Shown: positions 25,014 to 38,291 of the stretch, in pieces
How the letters are laid out: the number at the start of each line of letters is the position of its first letter
Position numbering within the stretch: position 1 is the stretch's first letter
DNA from: Pseudogymnoascus verrucosus
Taxonomy: Eukaryota
Assembly: GCA_001662655.1 (NCBI GenBank)
Contig: KV460227.1
Length of the DNA stretch: 64,000 nt
Strand: one strand, 5' to 3'
Made by a program: the position numbers and the translations under genes
The notes under the pieces: model-generated
The model's input: only the letters and a program-made list of their open reading frames with translations
Databases searched by the model: none
Told to the model about the DNA's origin: nothing

Positions 25014-28000
25014 ATGGCTTCGCCAACACCGGAATTGCATAATAACGGTCGCAACAACAACCCGAGAATCAACTTGGAATCTTCTCCAGGGTCTCTCAGG
25101 GCTAACAATAATGCTTGTTTGGATTCGAGGAATTCACCCACGCCGTTAGTCAACAATGAGACCAACTCTCATCCTACCCCGGCGCCCTCCATATTCAAAA
25201 GAGCATGGAGTAAACTGGGTATCGATAGAACCGTAGCGGCCTTAGTATTCAAAGGAGCGCTGGCACCCCTAATAGCAACGGCTATTTACCAGAGCAAATC
25301 TGTTGCAGAAATCTACGTGAATTTTGGGTATTTGATCATAGTGGTCTCTATCTTGGCTGTTCCGATTCTTCCACGGGGAAAATTCATGATGAACATGTCT
25401 ATATCTGTGGTAAGTACCATGTTCCAGTCGCAGTTGTGTGTCTTTAGTTTTATAAAGGAATACTGAAAGAGAATTTCCTTGAATAATGGATAAGAACTGA
25501 TCCGTTTTTAGCTACTAACTTGTTTGGCGATGGCAATGGTTTTGCTTGGCCAGTATGCTGGCATCAAGGCACGCCAGAACACGACTCCAGCTGGGGCATT
25601 GCCGGATATTGCACTTGGATATAACTCGTCTGCTGCAGCAGTTAACGCTATATTCTTAATGTTCAACCTCTTCGGGATAAATACACTACGGGCAGCTCGA
25701 CCGGCGTTTAGTATTCCTGCCGTGGGATACAATATCTTTGTTCTGCTTGGATTTACATATGGACCTCAAATGGCAACAATAACTAGTAGCCTCAGATTTT
25801 CCAAAGAGTTGTTTTATTCCTTCTTGACTGGCCAGGCTATTGGTTCAGGTGTATCATTACTCATCTTCCCGATTTCATCAAGAAAAGTATTCTTCGGGGA
25901 GGCCGCTGGGTTTCTTCAGAGCTGCCGTGGATTACTTAAGTCACAAGTAGCATTTGTTGAAGCATTGGAGTATTCGCAAATGGAATGCGCCCCTCATCCA
26001 AATACGAGATTGGCATCCGGGGGTGTGTCGGAGACGGATCATGCCGATGATAACCAAACCGAGGAATCTGAAAATACGCGCTTATACAATCAAAGAGCTT
26101 CTTCATTGAAAGCATCCTCGGCAGCTCTACTTGCATTGGCAGGGAAACTTCGAGACGACGTCGTCTTTGCAAAGCGAGAGATAGCATTTGGCCATTTCCA
26201 AAGCAATCATATTCACGAAATGCACAGACTCTTCATGGACATACTTATCCCGATCGTGGGGTTTTCTACAATTACGGACATATCGGAGCGGCTTAACTAC
26301 AGGTTTTGCACGGATACGGAGTGGACCGAAGAATTGGACTCCGCTGCGCCTACCCAGACTCAAGGTTCCTGGCGAAGGGGGGAAAGCGAGAGTGTTGAGT
26401 GGAGGGAATTGATTAGACCCTTACACGCGTCACTGAAGCCTTTTGTGCAAGTCCTTGACGATAGTATATTGCACATTTTGATTTTGCTTAAATTTGTTCC
26501 CAATCCTAACAAAACCAAATCGAAACCTAAAAAACCAACGGATGGTGCTGGAAGGGAAGGCGCCAGTTTTAACCAAGATATAGAAAAAGGTCTAAATCCC
26601 GGCGATATTGGCTTTGGGGACTACCTGGACAAAACAATCGACAGCTATCGTGCAGAACGGACAGAAAATCTTAAAACATGGGCTGCTGATAGGGGCCTTA
26701 GTTGTATTTTTCGGGACAGCCAGGAGCGAGCCCATTTACCGCCAAACCCCGACCAAGGAATGGACGGCCGCCATGGAGGTTCTAGAGACAGTCGATTTTC
26801 CGAGAGGATCCATCTTATATTTTATATGGAATACCTTATGTACTCCATTTCAAAAAGGATCCTAGCCGTCGTTCGATGTGCCGAGTCAAGGGCTACAGAC
26901 GGAACATTGGAGAGACGACAATTCATCTTTCCTTCTCTCAAGACCGTGACAAAGTTGGTAAAAGGGCTCATTGATGGCGAAGATTCGAACCCAGGAATCT
27001 ACAAAACCGGCGGCGTGGGAGCCGATGTCCAGACAGTCTCTCTTGGACACTCACTCCAGACTCCCAAAGACCCCGAGCATCTACCTCCCAAAGGCTCCTG
27101 GCAGGCGTTTGGCGATCGACTCAGAGTTATACCTAAATTCTTTGGATCTGATCCCTCCAAGTTTGGCGCGCGAGTGACAATTGCGTCGATGAGTATCGCA
27201 ATAATGGCATACTTACATCAAACACACATGTTTTTTATTGAACAGCGAGTGGTATGGGGGATAGTGATAATTTGCCTTGGGATGAACCCAACGACTGGCA
27301 GCGCCGTGTTCGCCTTGATAACAAATCTAGGCACAACCGTGCTAGCAACAGTCGCGGCATTCATTAACTGGTATATTGTTGGACAGAAGACGGCCGGAAT
27401 TATCGTTTTTCTCTTTCTTTTTCTTATGGTCTACTTTTACTTCCTTGTCAAGTACCCTAGATTTCTGGTCGCTATTGCTTCAGGGGCAATCACCCACGTA
27501 CTAATCGTTGGTATGTACCACAGCTTTCCGTTTCTGAAAATCTAACGCCATTGTATTCTTTGCGAATTAGCTCTGATGATAATTGAAATACAGGGTATGA
27601 ACTACAGGTCCGCGTGGAGGGTATAAAGGCAGCAACTTCGACGGGCCAGGCATTTTATGAGATATACTTGTTAGCCCCCTATCGGCTTCTCGCCGTTGGA
27701 GGTGGCGTTATCGTTGCCTACATATTCACTATCTTCCCTGTGCCAATTACGGAAGCTTCTGTCCTTCGCAGAGACTTGGGGACTTCATTATTCCTTCTCG
27801 CCAACTACGTCAACTCAACAACGTCTACTGTCGACAATCGATTGCAGGACAAGGAAGGCGACATGAGTCTTCCCTCCAGCCCAGGGCGGAGACTTGAAAA
27901 GTCACGACAGGATTTACTACAGAAGCAGTTTGCTTTGCAGAATTCGATGAGACGGAACTTGTCATTTATGGATTGGGGTCCCAACTTCGGAGGCGAATTT

Positions 28001-28532
28001 CCCAAGGAAATGTACACGTTGATTATTGATGAAGTTCAAAAGTAAGTAATACGATGAAGGACTATCATCGCCCCACATAGATGGGACGGAATCTAATGCT
28101 CGAATAAATTGCAGTATCATCAACTACCTTGCAGTAATTAGTTTCGCATCCGAAACATTTATAGCTGCACGCAGGGAGTCGCCCTCCCCGGTTTGGCTTT
28201 CCGAGTTTGCAAAATCGAGGCCAGAAACCAGCGCTGAAGCACATAAAACCACGTCCTTATTAATTCTTCTCTCTGCTTCCATCAAAAATGGAAGGCCTTT
28301 GCCGCCATATCTCGACGTGCCGTCCGATTCTCACCTCTCCCAGCAGATACATGGCGACAAGGCGGATATTATGACATTTAATAACCTGAATGAGCCGGGG
28401 TTTCGAGCTCTGGCTGCTATCAAGTTGGCACAAAGCTGTATGGCGGATTCGCTCTCAAGAATTGTTGACCCTGTGAGGGAACTGGTAGGAGAGGTGAATT
28501 TTAGCTATCAGATTGTCGACTCAAATGAATAA
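25014..28532 (+). CDS. Aromatic acid exporter/FUSC-like (ArAE_2, Bre4-type) multi-pass membrane protein
   Basis: N-terminal TM bundle (FKGALAPLIA, PILPRGKF), KDPEHLPP, second TM bundle, LAPYRL, IFPVPITE..LRRDLG; three introns. Confidence 0.8.
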
Positions 28533-28750
28533 GTGTGGAGCGAGGCGAAGCGAGGGTGAGCTGCATGAGTCGCATGTTTAACAGGGTGGTGAGGCGAAGA
28601 AATACTTTCGTGTCAATTTCGCGTTACTCGCGTCAATTTTGTAGTTCCGGAGTTTGTCCATTATAGCTTGGTTAGGTGCTTTGCTCTTATTTTCCATAAT
28701 TCGCCATTTGTGAGCCATAAGCGCCGAAATTGCACCTACGGTTGGCAATT

Positions 28751-30617
28751 ATGAAGGCCTCCTTTGTACGTTCATTCATGGTGGCAGTGGCAGCGGCAGC
28801 AACGCTCGATCTCACAGTCACGACGAGCGGGGGGCGTATTACAGGACATAAGGCGCCAGGGGCAGAGGGCGTGCATGAGTTTCTTGGTGTGCCGTTTGCG
28901 AAGCCGCCGGTCGGAGAGCTGAGGTTTGCGCCACCAGCGAAGTTGGGACCTGTGGCGTCGAGTGACGTGTTTGTCGCGGATAAATTTGTGAGTTTTTCTG
29001 GGAAGAGAGTTACGGAGAGAGTTGGGGGAGATATTTTGGCCAATAGATTCTACTAAATGGGAACTTTTGGTGACTTGAGTGATTTTAGTCGAGGTAAGGA
29101 ATCGTTTATGTCGGTAGGTTGAGGGTATGTGCTGATGAGCGTGTAGCGATTGTCCGCAGACAGGAGGTAAGGCGGTAGACTACCCAGAGCACACGCCGCA
29201 GTTCCAGAAGATCATTAATGCCTTTGCAAACACTCTTGGGAACCCGATGGGAGAGGATTGTTTGCATCTGAATGTGTGGAGCAAATCCACCGCGAAGAAG
29301 AACAAGCCTGTCCTGGTGTTCTTCCATGGAGGCAGTGAGAGTCTCCTTCGTCTTTGTCTGCTTTCTAAAGCTAATGCTACATTCTAGGATGGGCGTTTGG
29401 CGGCACAGACACCCCTTTTTTTACTGGCAAGTACCTCGCCGACGCCGAGGACGTTGTCGTCGTCACCGTGAATTTCCGCCTTAACATCTTCGGTTACCCT
29501 GGCGCCCCTGGCGAGTCCCAGAACCTAGGCATGCAAGATCAGCGCCTAGCCGTTGAATGGATCCACTCCAACATCGGCGCCTTTAACGGCGACTGCTCAA
29601 AGATCACCATCTTCGGACAGTCTTCAGGGGGGCTCGCCGTCGACTTCTGGGCTTACGCTTATAAGAGCGATCCCATTGTCGCGGGCGTTATCGCGCTCTC
29701 TGGTAACGCTTACAGCTTCCCGCTTAATACGCTCGAGTTAGCGGCGCAGAACTGGTATAATGTGTCAGACCAGCTCGGATGTGGAGCGCAGGGAAATACG
29801 ATGGCATGTATGCGCCAGGCGAACTGGGACGATATCCGTGCTGCGGCTGCAAAAGTCCCGGCACCGCCAGGAACGAGCCAGGCGCGCGCACAGTCACCGT
29901 TCCAGGCTACGATTGATGAGAAGCTCGTCTTCTCAGATTACTACGAGCGCGCACAGGCTGGGAATTTGGCCAAGATTGTGAGGAGACTCCCTTGCCGAAG
30001 TTATGTCTTTCGGAGACCTGAATAATGGGCTAACGATTGTAGCCATACATGGTTGGGAACAACCACAACGAGGCTGGGTACTACAAGGTACCAGCGTACG
30101 GACAGGGCAAGATTTTGAACCAATCCGTGTGGGACGACTTCAACCTCGAGAGTTTCACCTGCGCGACTGCTCTTGAGGCCGCGCAGCGTGTTGCGAGCGG
30201 TGTCCCGACGTGGCGTTATAGACACCACGGTGACTGGGACAACACTAGGTTCGTCCCTTATACTGCAGTATATCCACGAAGAGTAGACACTAACCGCCTT
30301 CTAGACTCTACCCCACCAGCGGCGCCTACCATGGTGTGGACCTAAACATGATATTTGGCGCCTCCGCCGACGTCAGCGGCCTCCCCGAAGTCGCCGCTCA
30401 GACAACGGCCAAGGGACACATCCAAAAGGCTTACGCTGCCTTCGCAGCTGACCCCGTCCATGGGCTCACCAAACAAGTTGGCTGGCCGGCCTACAACCCC
30501 AACAAGAATACATTGATCGAGCTGTCCCTGAACAATAACCCGCAGCCCGTGTATTCGAAGGCATCAACGTATGATGCGGAGTGTGCGCAGTTCTTAGATA
30601 ATTATAAGGCGACGTAA
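28751..30617 (+). CDS. Secreted type-B carboxylesterase
   Basis: Signal peptide, [39 protein letters not shown] nucleophile elbow, GAYHG; multiple introns. Confidence 0.9.
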
Positions 30618-31504
30618 ATGGAGCGGACCTTCTACTTCTACCGGCTTGTGTCACTGTTAAATGCACTATAAATGCAAGAGATCAGATATTGCCGCCAACT
30701 CCCCTATAATATCATTGATAAAGCGAAAAAAACAGTCAAAGATAGCTGATTAAAAATCGAATCGTTACTAAAGACAGACTCCCTATCAAACCTTGCTATG
30801 TGAGATCCGCATTGAGACTATAGCATATACTCTAGTATGCGAGTAGCTCTCACACGGGACCATAGACTCAAGAGATTAAGGCATCCCGTCCGTTCTGCCA
30901 TACACAAGCTTGTGTATCCTAATAGTCTCCTGAGCCCGCTATGGTTAGCTCGGAAGCATTGTAGTTGTTTTTGTTTTCCCTTAGAGGGGTAGAAGAGGTG
31001 CCCTGCCACCGGGATGCGGTCAGCTCAGTGGGATTGGTTTGAGAGGTTTGGGGACGGAACAAGGGTCATCTGGATATCCTCTCTTGCGGATGCAAACGAA
31101 TGCGGCGATGATCAACTCTACGATGGTAAAATTATTTATTACTAATCATCCAAAGACGAGATTGACCCCCTTTTCTCTACAAATGGTTCTCTAATCCACC
31201 TCCTCGCTCTCGTCACCCCATCGCCACACTACTTTAACGATCTCCCATGCTTGAGTAATATTTAGCATTCCCCATCTCCATCCCTGCACTAAATGATTCT
31301 GGTATTTAGTAGAGACACTGAGCTAAAATGAGACCTGCATGTGGAAAATTGAATATGTCACTCGTAGGTTGGTACAATTGAATGTAGAAAGCCCCCAATT
31401 CTACCCATCTATCTAATATTTGCGACTGTACTGGAACATAAATGAGAATTATTCAGAATACAAAATAGCAAGTCTTGTCACTCCACATGTAACTCGTCTA
31501 GTCA

Positions 31505-33534
31505 TCAGTAGAGGTTTGTGTACTGGGCCTTGATCATGTCGGCGGCCTAGATGCAGAATTAGTCAATCTGACAATAGTTGACGTTTTGGTCTGTTGAACT
31601 CACCTTCTCAGCAATCATATACACCGAGTTCTGAGGACGGCAGTCGGGGATGATTGGGATGACGGAAGCGTCAACGACACGGAGATTCCTGATGCCGTGA
31701 ACACGGAGCTGGGGATCTACCACACCCTGTTGGATGTTCTTGGACAGCCGGGTGGTGCCACAGGGGTCTGAATGGTATCCTTTGTCAGATCTAGCATCTA
31801 TAAAAAGGGGTCGGATTAGGACTTACGGAATCCAGTCTGTGATCTTTCCAATACGACCCTGTTCATGGCTTCGTCGGATTGGATGGGCATCTCCCAGGGA
31901 TAGTCTCCGACCACGATATCCTTAATGCCGTCACCCTTTGTAAGCACATCATATGTCCAGCGGACACCCTCGCGCATGGCTAGGATATCTAGGTCGTTAC
32001 CGAAGAAATTGAGGTTGATGAAGGGCTGTTCGAGCGCATCCGCCGAGTTCAACTTGACTTCTCCCGTGGATAGGGGGCGGAGCAGGTCCACAATTACCGT
32101 TAGGCTGCTGCCACTAGGAGGTGTAGGGTAATGCCACTGGAACGCCGAGGAGAACATGGGAACAAAATCCAATTCGAAGTGCGGCTGGCCACCAGGACCG
32201 AATGGATCAAGGCCTCCGTTGGCCTTCTTGGCATCCCTATATGCGGGGTACTTGTTCAGTCGCTCATCAATGCGTGGGAAACCGACCATCTCAAGTAGGG
32301 CGCTGCTTAGTGGGCCCGTCTTGTTGCGTCGGTAGGCCTCCACGGACCCATCACGGGCCTGGCCAGCGCGGAGGAGGTGGTCGTCAAGGCCATAGCCATC
32401 CTTCAAACGCAGAACGAAGGGCACGATGGGATGATCGAGCAGATTCTGTCCTACATGAGGGCTGTCCACCATGACATGGATGTTGTGCTTCTTGAGCTCA
32501 GCAGCAGGGCCGATACCAGAGAGCATCAGGAGCTTGGGGCTCTCGAAGACGCCTTGGGAGACGATGACTTCGTACTTAGCATTCAGAGTGATCTCGTCTC
32601 CTGTCTCGGGGTTGATCACGACGACGCCAGTGCAGACCTTAGTGGTGGGGTCGATGATGAGCTTTTTGGATTGGACCGACGCGAGGACAGTGACATTTGG
32701 CTTGCCCTTCAGGAAAAGAAAGCTTCCTTGACGGGTGCCGTTGTAGATGGTATCCATGCAGTGGGTCAGGCCAGCCATGGTACCGGAATAGATGTCCTCG
32801 GTGAGGGCATGTCCCTTGCTGGTCCAACCTTTGGTAAGGGCGTCACGGAATGGTTGCATCTCAGGCAGTAGGTGGGCATGAGAGATTTGAAGGGGTCCGC
32901 CAGTCCCAACTTTCGACAGATCGCTCGGGTAGAGCTTCTCATCGTCATGGTAAGTCGCGCACTAGATAATGCTGATTAGATGGAAATCTTAGGACATATT
33001 GTTGAAAGACCTCACTTTTCTGAGATATGCGACGCAGTTATCCCACGTCCAGTCCGCGCCACCATACTCTTCCCAGTCATCAAACGTTGCCTTGCTGCCG
33101 GGAATCCAGGTAAAGTAGTTAGCACAGCTGCTTCCTCCTAATACCTTGCCGCGGGTATTTGGTTTCTCAACACGTTCGTAATCATCGCGCTTGATCATGG
33201 TTGTCTTGTAAGCCCAATCATATTTGCTGCCTCTGAGATCAAAGGCCTTTGCGGGGGTGGTAATATCATCGATCTCCTCTGGATTGCTACATGCCGAACA
33301 TTGTCAGCATAATTAGAGAGGGATTGCTCCTCCGAAGCCTACTCACCTAACACCAGCTTCTATGACCAACACTTGCACCTTTGGGTTCTCTGCCAGGCGA
33401 CCAGCAACGGCGTTTCCTGCCGTTCCACCTTCTTGATGTTAGAGAGTACAGGATGGAGGAACAATTGGGGTAGTAAGCTTACCGCCAACGACGATGAAAT
33501 CAAAGCCCTGGTTGTCTGCAATTCTTTCGCCCAT
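31505..33534 (-). CDS. GMC flavoprotein, probable formate oxidase
   Basis: Exons 33534-33483, 33428-33347, 33286-33016, 32961-31827, 31767-31604, 31546-31505. DFIVVGGGTAG; RDDYERVEKPNTRGKVLGGSS; QTGFHPCG (His); IIPDCRPQNSVY (Arg in place of the usual His/Asn). Matches my recollection of Aspergillus oryzae formate oxidase. Confidence 0.85.
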
Positions 33535-33914
33535 GATGGTAATGTTATGGGTCGACCTAACGAAACTGGTATGAGAACAGTAGTATCTTAGAACAAACTT
33601 GATATATCAGCGGTAGATCTAGGTGCCTGATGTATTGTGGTGATAAAACTGCTGAAGAGGGGTCGGTGATGGGATATATATATTCAGCGCTCTACAAGCA
33701 ACTGACGCTACAAGCAACTGACGGAGAGAGAGCTTGGGCACATATTCACGCGTACACTTAATCCATCCATATTCGTACTTGGTAATTCATAGCATGTCCG
33801 GAAGGAGATTCCGGAGGCATACAAAGTGGCAAAGCCTTGGTTGATTTGTATGTATGCCCCGAATCACCACAAGATCTAGGCCCGCCACGGGAACGGCACA
33901 ACAATAAGACGCGC

Positions 33915-33958
33915 TAGTCAGCGCTTCGGAAAAGCGGTATATTCCAAGGCGCTGACTA
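33915..33958. promoter_or_regulatory. 17-bp imperfect inverted repeat in the oxidase/catalase divergent promoter
   Basis: TAGTCAGCGCTTCGGAA-N10-TTCCAAGGCGCTGACTA, two mismatches. Regulatory role inferred only. Confidence 0.4.
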
Positions 33959-34529
33959 TCTTGTCTGACTATGCCGTTTTAATATGGCCGTTGCAGTATA
34001 ACAAGATTAATAGGGCTAATGACGACTTGTTTACGGGTATTATGGACCCCAGACGCCAGAGCCGAGCTCCTCCCGCACGAGAAAGTGGGTCTCGCGCGAG
34101 AGATAGCTTTTACATCCGCGTTGCTCGATGGTGGCGCTACGAAGGTCAAGCACTTTTGGTAAGATTTAACTAACGCGGCTAGTGTCGCTGGATCGGATGT
34201 GCTAGTAGTAGTGGCAGGGGCGAACATCCACTTTTGAAACTAGCTATCATCAAGTTTACACCCACTGTCATCATATTTCATACTAGTAACTAACTATGCT
34301 GAGTAACTATCACTCATGTTCCTACGTATTCTCCATTTACGCATTTGCTTGGATGCGTTCCAGACTTTGGACAATGACTGGCTGCTCACAGTAGGAACTA
34401 ACATGAGACATTGTATAAATACCTGGCTGATAGCAGCAACCCTCATCCTACTTCTCCCAATTTATTCTTCTCTCCTCTAACAACTATCTCGTCGCTCGTC
34501 CTCCCAAACCCTGTTACAACTTTTTAGCC

Positions 34530-36523
34530 ATGGCTCATTCTCAGAACCCCCCCGTATTTACGCTGGCCGAAGGTGAGTTTGTTTAATAGATCTGGTCTCT
34601 AATACTCGCATACTTACAGCAAGAACCATAGGCCAGCCGATTGCCGACCCGTCAAACAGCACTGTTCTGCCAGCCCGATTTGGAGGTGGCAGCTTAGCGC
34701 TGCTCCAGGATACTCTCCTCATAGAAACTTTGGCGCACTTCAACCGCGAACGCATTCCAGAACGGTAAGCAAACAAAAAACCACCGGTCCTTGAGCCTAA
34801 GAATAACGTGTATCGGATAGTGTGGTCCACGCCCGAGCTGCAGCTGCCTGGGGCGAGTTTGAAGTTACCCATGACATCTCTCATTTGACAACCGCCAAAT
34901 TTCTTAATGGCATTGGCAAGAAGACTAAGGTCCTTCAACGCATCAGTACAGTCGGCGGCGCTACAGGTTCGGCCGAGACAGTCAGAGATGTTCGGGGGTT
35001 TTCAGTAAAGTTCTTTACTGAGGAAGGGAATCACGATATCGTCGGCAATGACATCGTACGTGAAATAAAACAAATTGCGATTAGGTCTCAAGTTGCTAAT
35101 GGTGACACCTACTACAGCCGGTTTTTTTTGTCAGAGATCCTGTCAAGTTCCCCTCCCTCAACCGGAGTCATAAGAAGAATCCAAGAAGCAATACCGCGGA
35201 TGAGACAATGGTAAAATTCCTCACCAACTAGATCGATATAATTAGAATACGCGCTGACCCGTACGCATTTTTAGTTTTGGGAGTAAGATATTCGCATCTT
35301 GACATGACCACACAAGCTAACATTGCAGTTTCCATGTCAACAATCAAGAGGGCGTGCACGCTCTCATGCATCTCTTCGGCTCACGGGGAATCCCCGCGTC
35401 GCTCCGAAACATCAATGGCTTTGGTGTTCACACCTATAAGCTCGTTGCGGTAGATGGGAGCTTCAAATACTGCAAGTTCCATTTCAAGCCTATTGGAGGC
35501 GTTCAGAATATGAGCCCTGAGGACGCTGCCAAGAATGCGGGTGAAAATGCCGATTATCACACTGCAGATCTGTTCAATGCTATTGAAAATGGCTACTATC
35601 CAGTTTGGACCCTTTATGTACAGGTCATGGAGCCTAAGGTTGCGGAGACGTACCCTGTGAATATCTTTGATATCACAAAGACCTGGCCTCACAAGGATTT
35701 CCCACTACTCCCTGTCGGAAATATGACCCTGAACAAAAATGTGAGTTGGCTATCGTCTGTATGTTTGCGGCCAATTAGATTGACTGGATATCTCAGCCAC
35801 ACAATTACTTCGAAGACGTCGAACAGGCTGCCTTCTCGCCGTCTAATATGGTTCCTGGAATCGCCGTCACTCCCGATCCTAGTGAGTATTATCCCTTGAG
35901 GTCAAATATCAACTCTAACAATCCGGGTAGTGCTTCAAGCACGCATGTTTGCCTACCCCGACGCTCAACGTTACCGTCTCGGCGTAAACTACCAACAACT
36001 GGCTAGCAACCGAGCCCTCTCACGTGTATACACGCCATACGAGCGTGACGGCGCCGCATCCTTCAACGGCAACTATGGTGGCGAACCCAACTACGTTCGT
36101 AGTGACTTTACCGTCGCCAATCCAGGCCAAAAGAGCATCGAACACGATGAGTGGGCTGGTGGAAAGGTAGGAATCCATGAAATACCAGTCTCAGATGCAG
36201 ATTTTGCACAGGCCACTGAATTATGGAATATCTTTGGCACGCAGCCTGGAGAGCAGGAGGGTTTTGTTAAGAACGTGGCGGGTGCTATACAGGATATTCC
36301 AAAGAAGTTGCAAGAGGGCACCATTGGTACGTTTTTCCCACCCGTCCACTTTCCAGTTCGTTGCCATGTCGCTCTGTGCTGACCATTGAATACAGCAATG
36401 TTCTCTAAGGTTCACCCTGATATTGGTAGAAAGCTCCAGGCAGAACTTAACAGTGCTGGGAAAATTAGCGCTTCTGCACAGAGCCAAGAAAGCGCCAGAA
36501 GTTATCAGGTAAAATACGTATAA
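34530..36523 (+). CDS. Monofunctional small-subunit heme catalase
   Basis: [17 protein letters not shown] (distal His), [41 protein letters not shown] (proximal Tyr); many introns including an 8-nt exon. Confidence 0.93.
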
Positions 36524-36879
36524 ATGAGGGGCTTATCCCCTCGTAGAGGATAAGCGAAGAGAAAACTGTTATGGGGACAAACGGTAGCACTCGCTCAAAT
36601 TGCAATGAATAGTCTATATAGCTCCAATTTATCATGCTTCGTCACATATTATATACTGGTATACTCTAAGTACTAGCACCCGTTCTTAGATTTTAATTTT
36701 TATACTCAACTCGAGGATTAGGTTTGTCATTAGAATACGAACTCGCAAAAACACTATGCGAAGTGGTGGTAGTCCTTGCTTGACCAAGGGCTTCCTATGA
36801 GTATTAAGGATATGATAGCAAATTTATGGATGATGATTTGCTGCAAGAACGGAAATACGTAGACGACTATAGTTATCAA

Positions 36880-37550
36880 GGATGCATAGGTCTATAATTA
36901 CCATATACAGCGATCGCGTTTCTCTACTTCCATTTGGTCCATTTCCACACTTACTCCATATGGAATCCAGATGGTATAAATTTTGGAGGCCTGGTCTCGT
37001 GCAGATATCGAGAGGAATATTGCCAGACCCACCAACTAGTTGTAGCCTACCCCTCGTAGAAAGTTTACTGGCCACTGCACGTTGACCCGTGACTCAGCTT
37101 GTTCGACTGCAAAGCTCTCGAGTTCATCTGTAGATAAAGTATCAAACTACCAACAAAGAAAGCCCGCAACGAATAGAGCGTCAGCCATATTCATGATATA
37201 AGACGAGACTAAATTTCGCGCAAGTTCACGCAAACTGGCCTTGCGTAGGCACGTGGTCAACACTACTACGAACAAGTTGGCGGTGGATAGCTTCCTCTTC
37301 AAAATTGTGATAATGACGAAGCCCGTAGGAAAGGTAAAGCTCGATACCAGAGTTGCGATTGAAGGGTTATTCACGCGTAGAGAGGTCGCCCCGCCGTCAA
37401 CTAAAATGCCGAAAAGAGTCCCAAGGGAAAAAATGCACCGGCGAGAAATGATTTGGGAAGTAAGTCGGCCCAAGATTAACGACCCGTTGCTGTACTAGTG
37501 TGGATGAGCATGGCGACAGTTTCTTTCGTGGGGTTGAAGGTTTTGTCCAT
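36880..37550 (-). pseudogene. Formate/nitrite transporter (FNT) pseudogene; 3' limit approximate
   Basis: KSFLAGAF / SLG.LFGILV, FTFPTGF, KLSTANLF (cf. ELFTGN), SYIMNMA, FLRGVGYN*LVGLA (cf. GIGCNWLVCLA), SKIYTIWIP. Stops at about 37476, 37147 and 37037, plus a frameshift at the A-run near 37430. Confidence 0.8.
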
Positions 37551-38291
37551 TTTGGCTCGTCGAGGTAGATTGACAACGAATAATAATATTTCAGGGACAG
37601 CAAGTGCTATATGCCAAAGCTTTCCATGCCAGGCGAGTGGCAATATGTTGTGAAGGCACCAGAAGACACTGTCGTGTCGGACAAATAAAGGGTTATGCGC
37701 GGACATGGGTGTGGATACCCATTTTTAGTGCTGTGGTATAGCCTGGACTTCGGGCCTCCGTACCGCATTATCTCGTCCGAGAGTGGTTGGACCACATCTG
37801 CGATGATTGCTAGCGAATCGGTCAAATGCGCAGCATATGGTTTACTTCATGACGTAGCCTCTCAAAGATTTTATGAAAGGCGAACGGCGCTCATCTACTC
37901 GAAGTTTGTGGGACAGTATACTAATATCAATGACAGTTAATTTTCGATGTGCAAGTCTCGCAGGATAGAACCGGAATATTCGTGGCTGCGAGACCGCTTA
38001 CTCCAATAGGGATCGTCTCGGGCGAAAGGTGTGGACCTCGTACGAGATGTATCGCTTATCACATCGCGCGACTAATACTACGTGATTTCACATCTCGGTG
38101 GCAGCGTGAATTCTAGATTAACTAGACTCTGACAACGAAAACATTTCAAAATGGGGCTATGAGGCGAGATGAGGCAAGCTGAGGCAAGCACCGAATTTTC
38201 TCGGCTTGTCTAATATCTGTATATATCCATTCCGAGCGTATCATTTTTGTAAATCTTTTTTTCTGATTATTTGTGAGGAAAATAGTAAATC

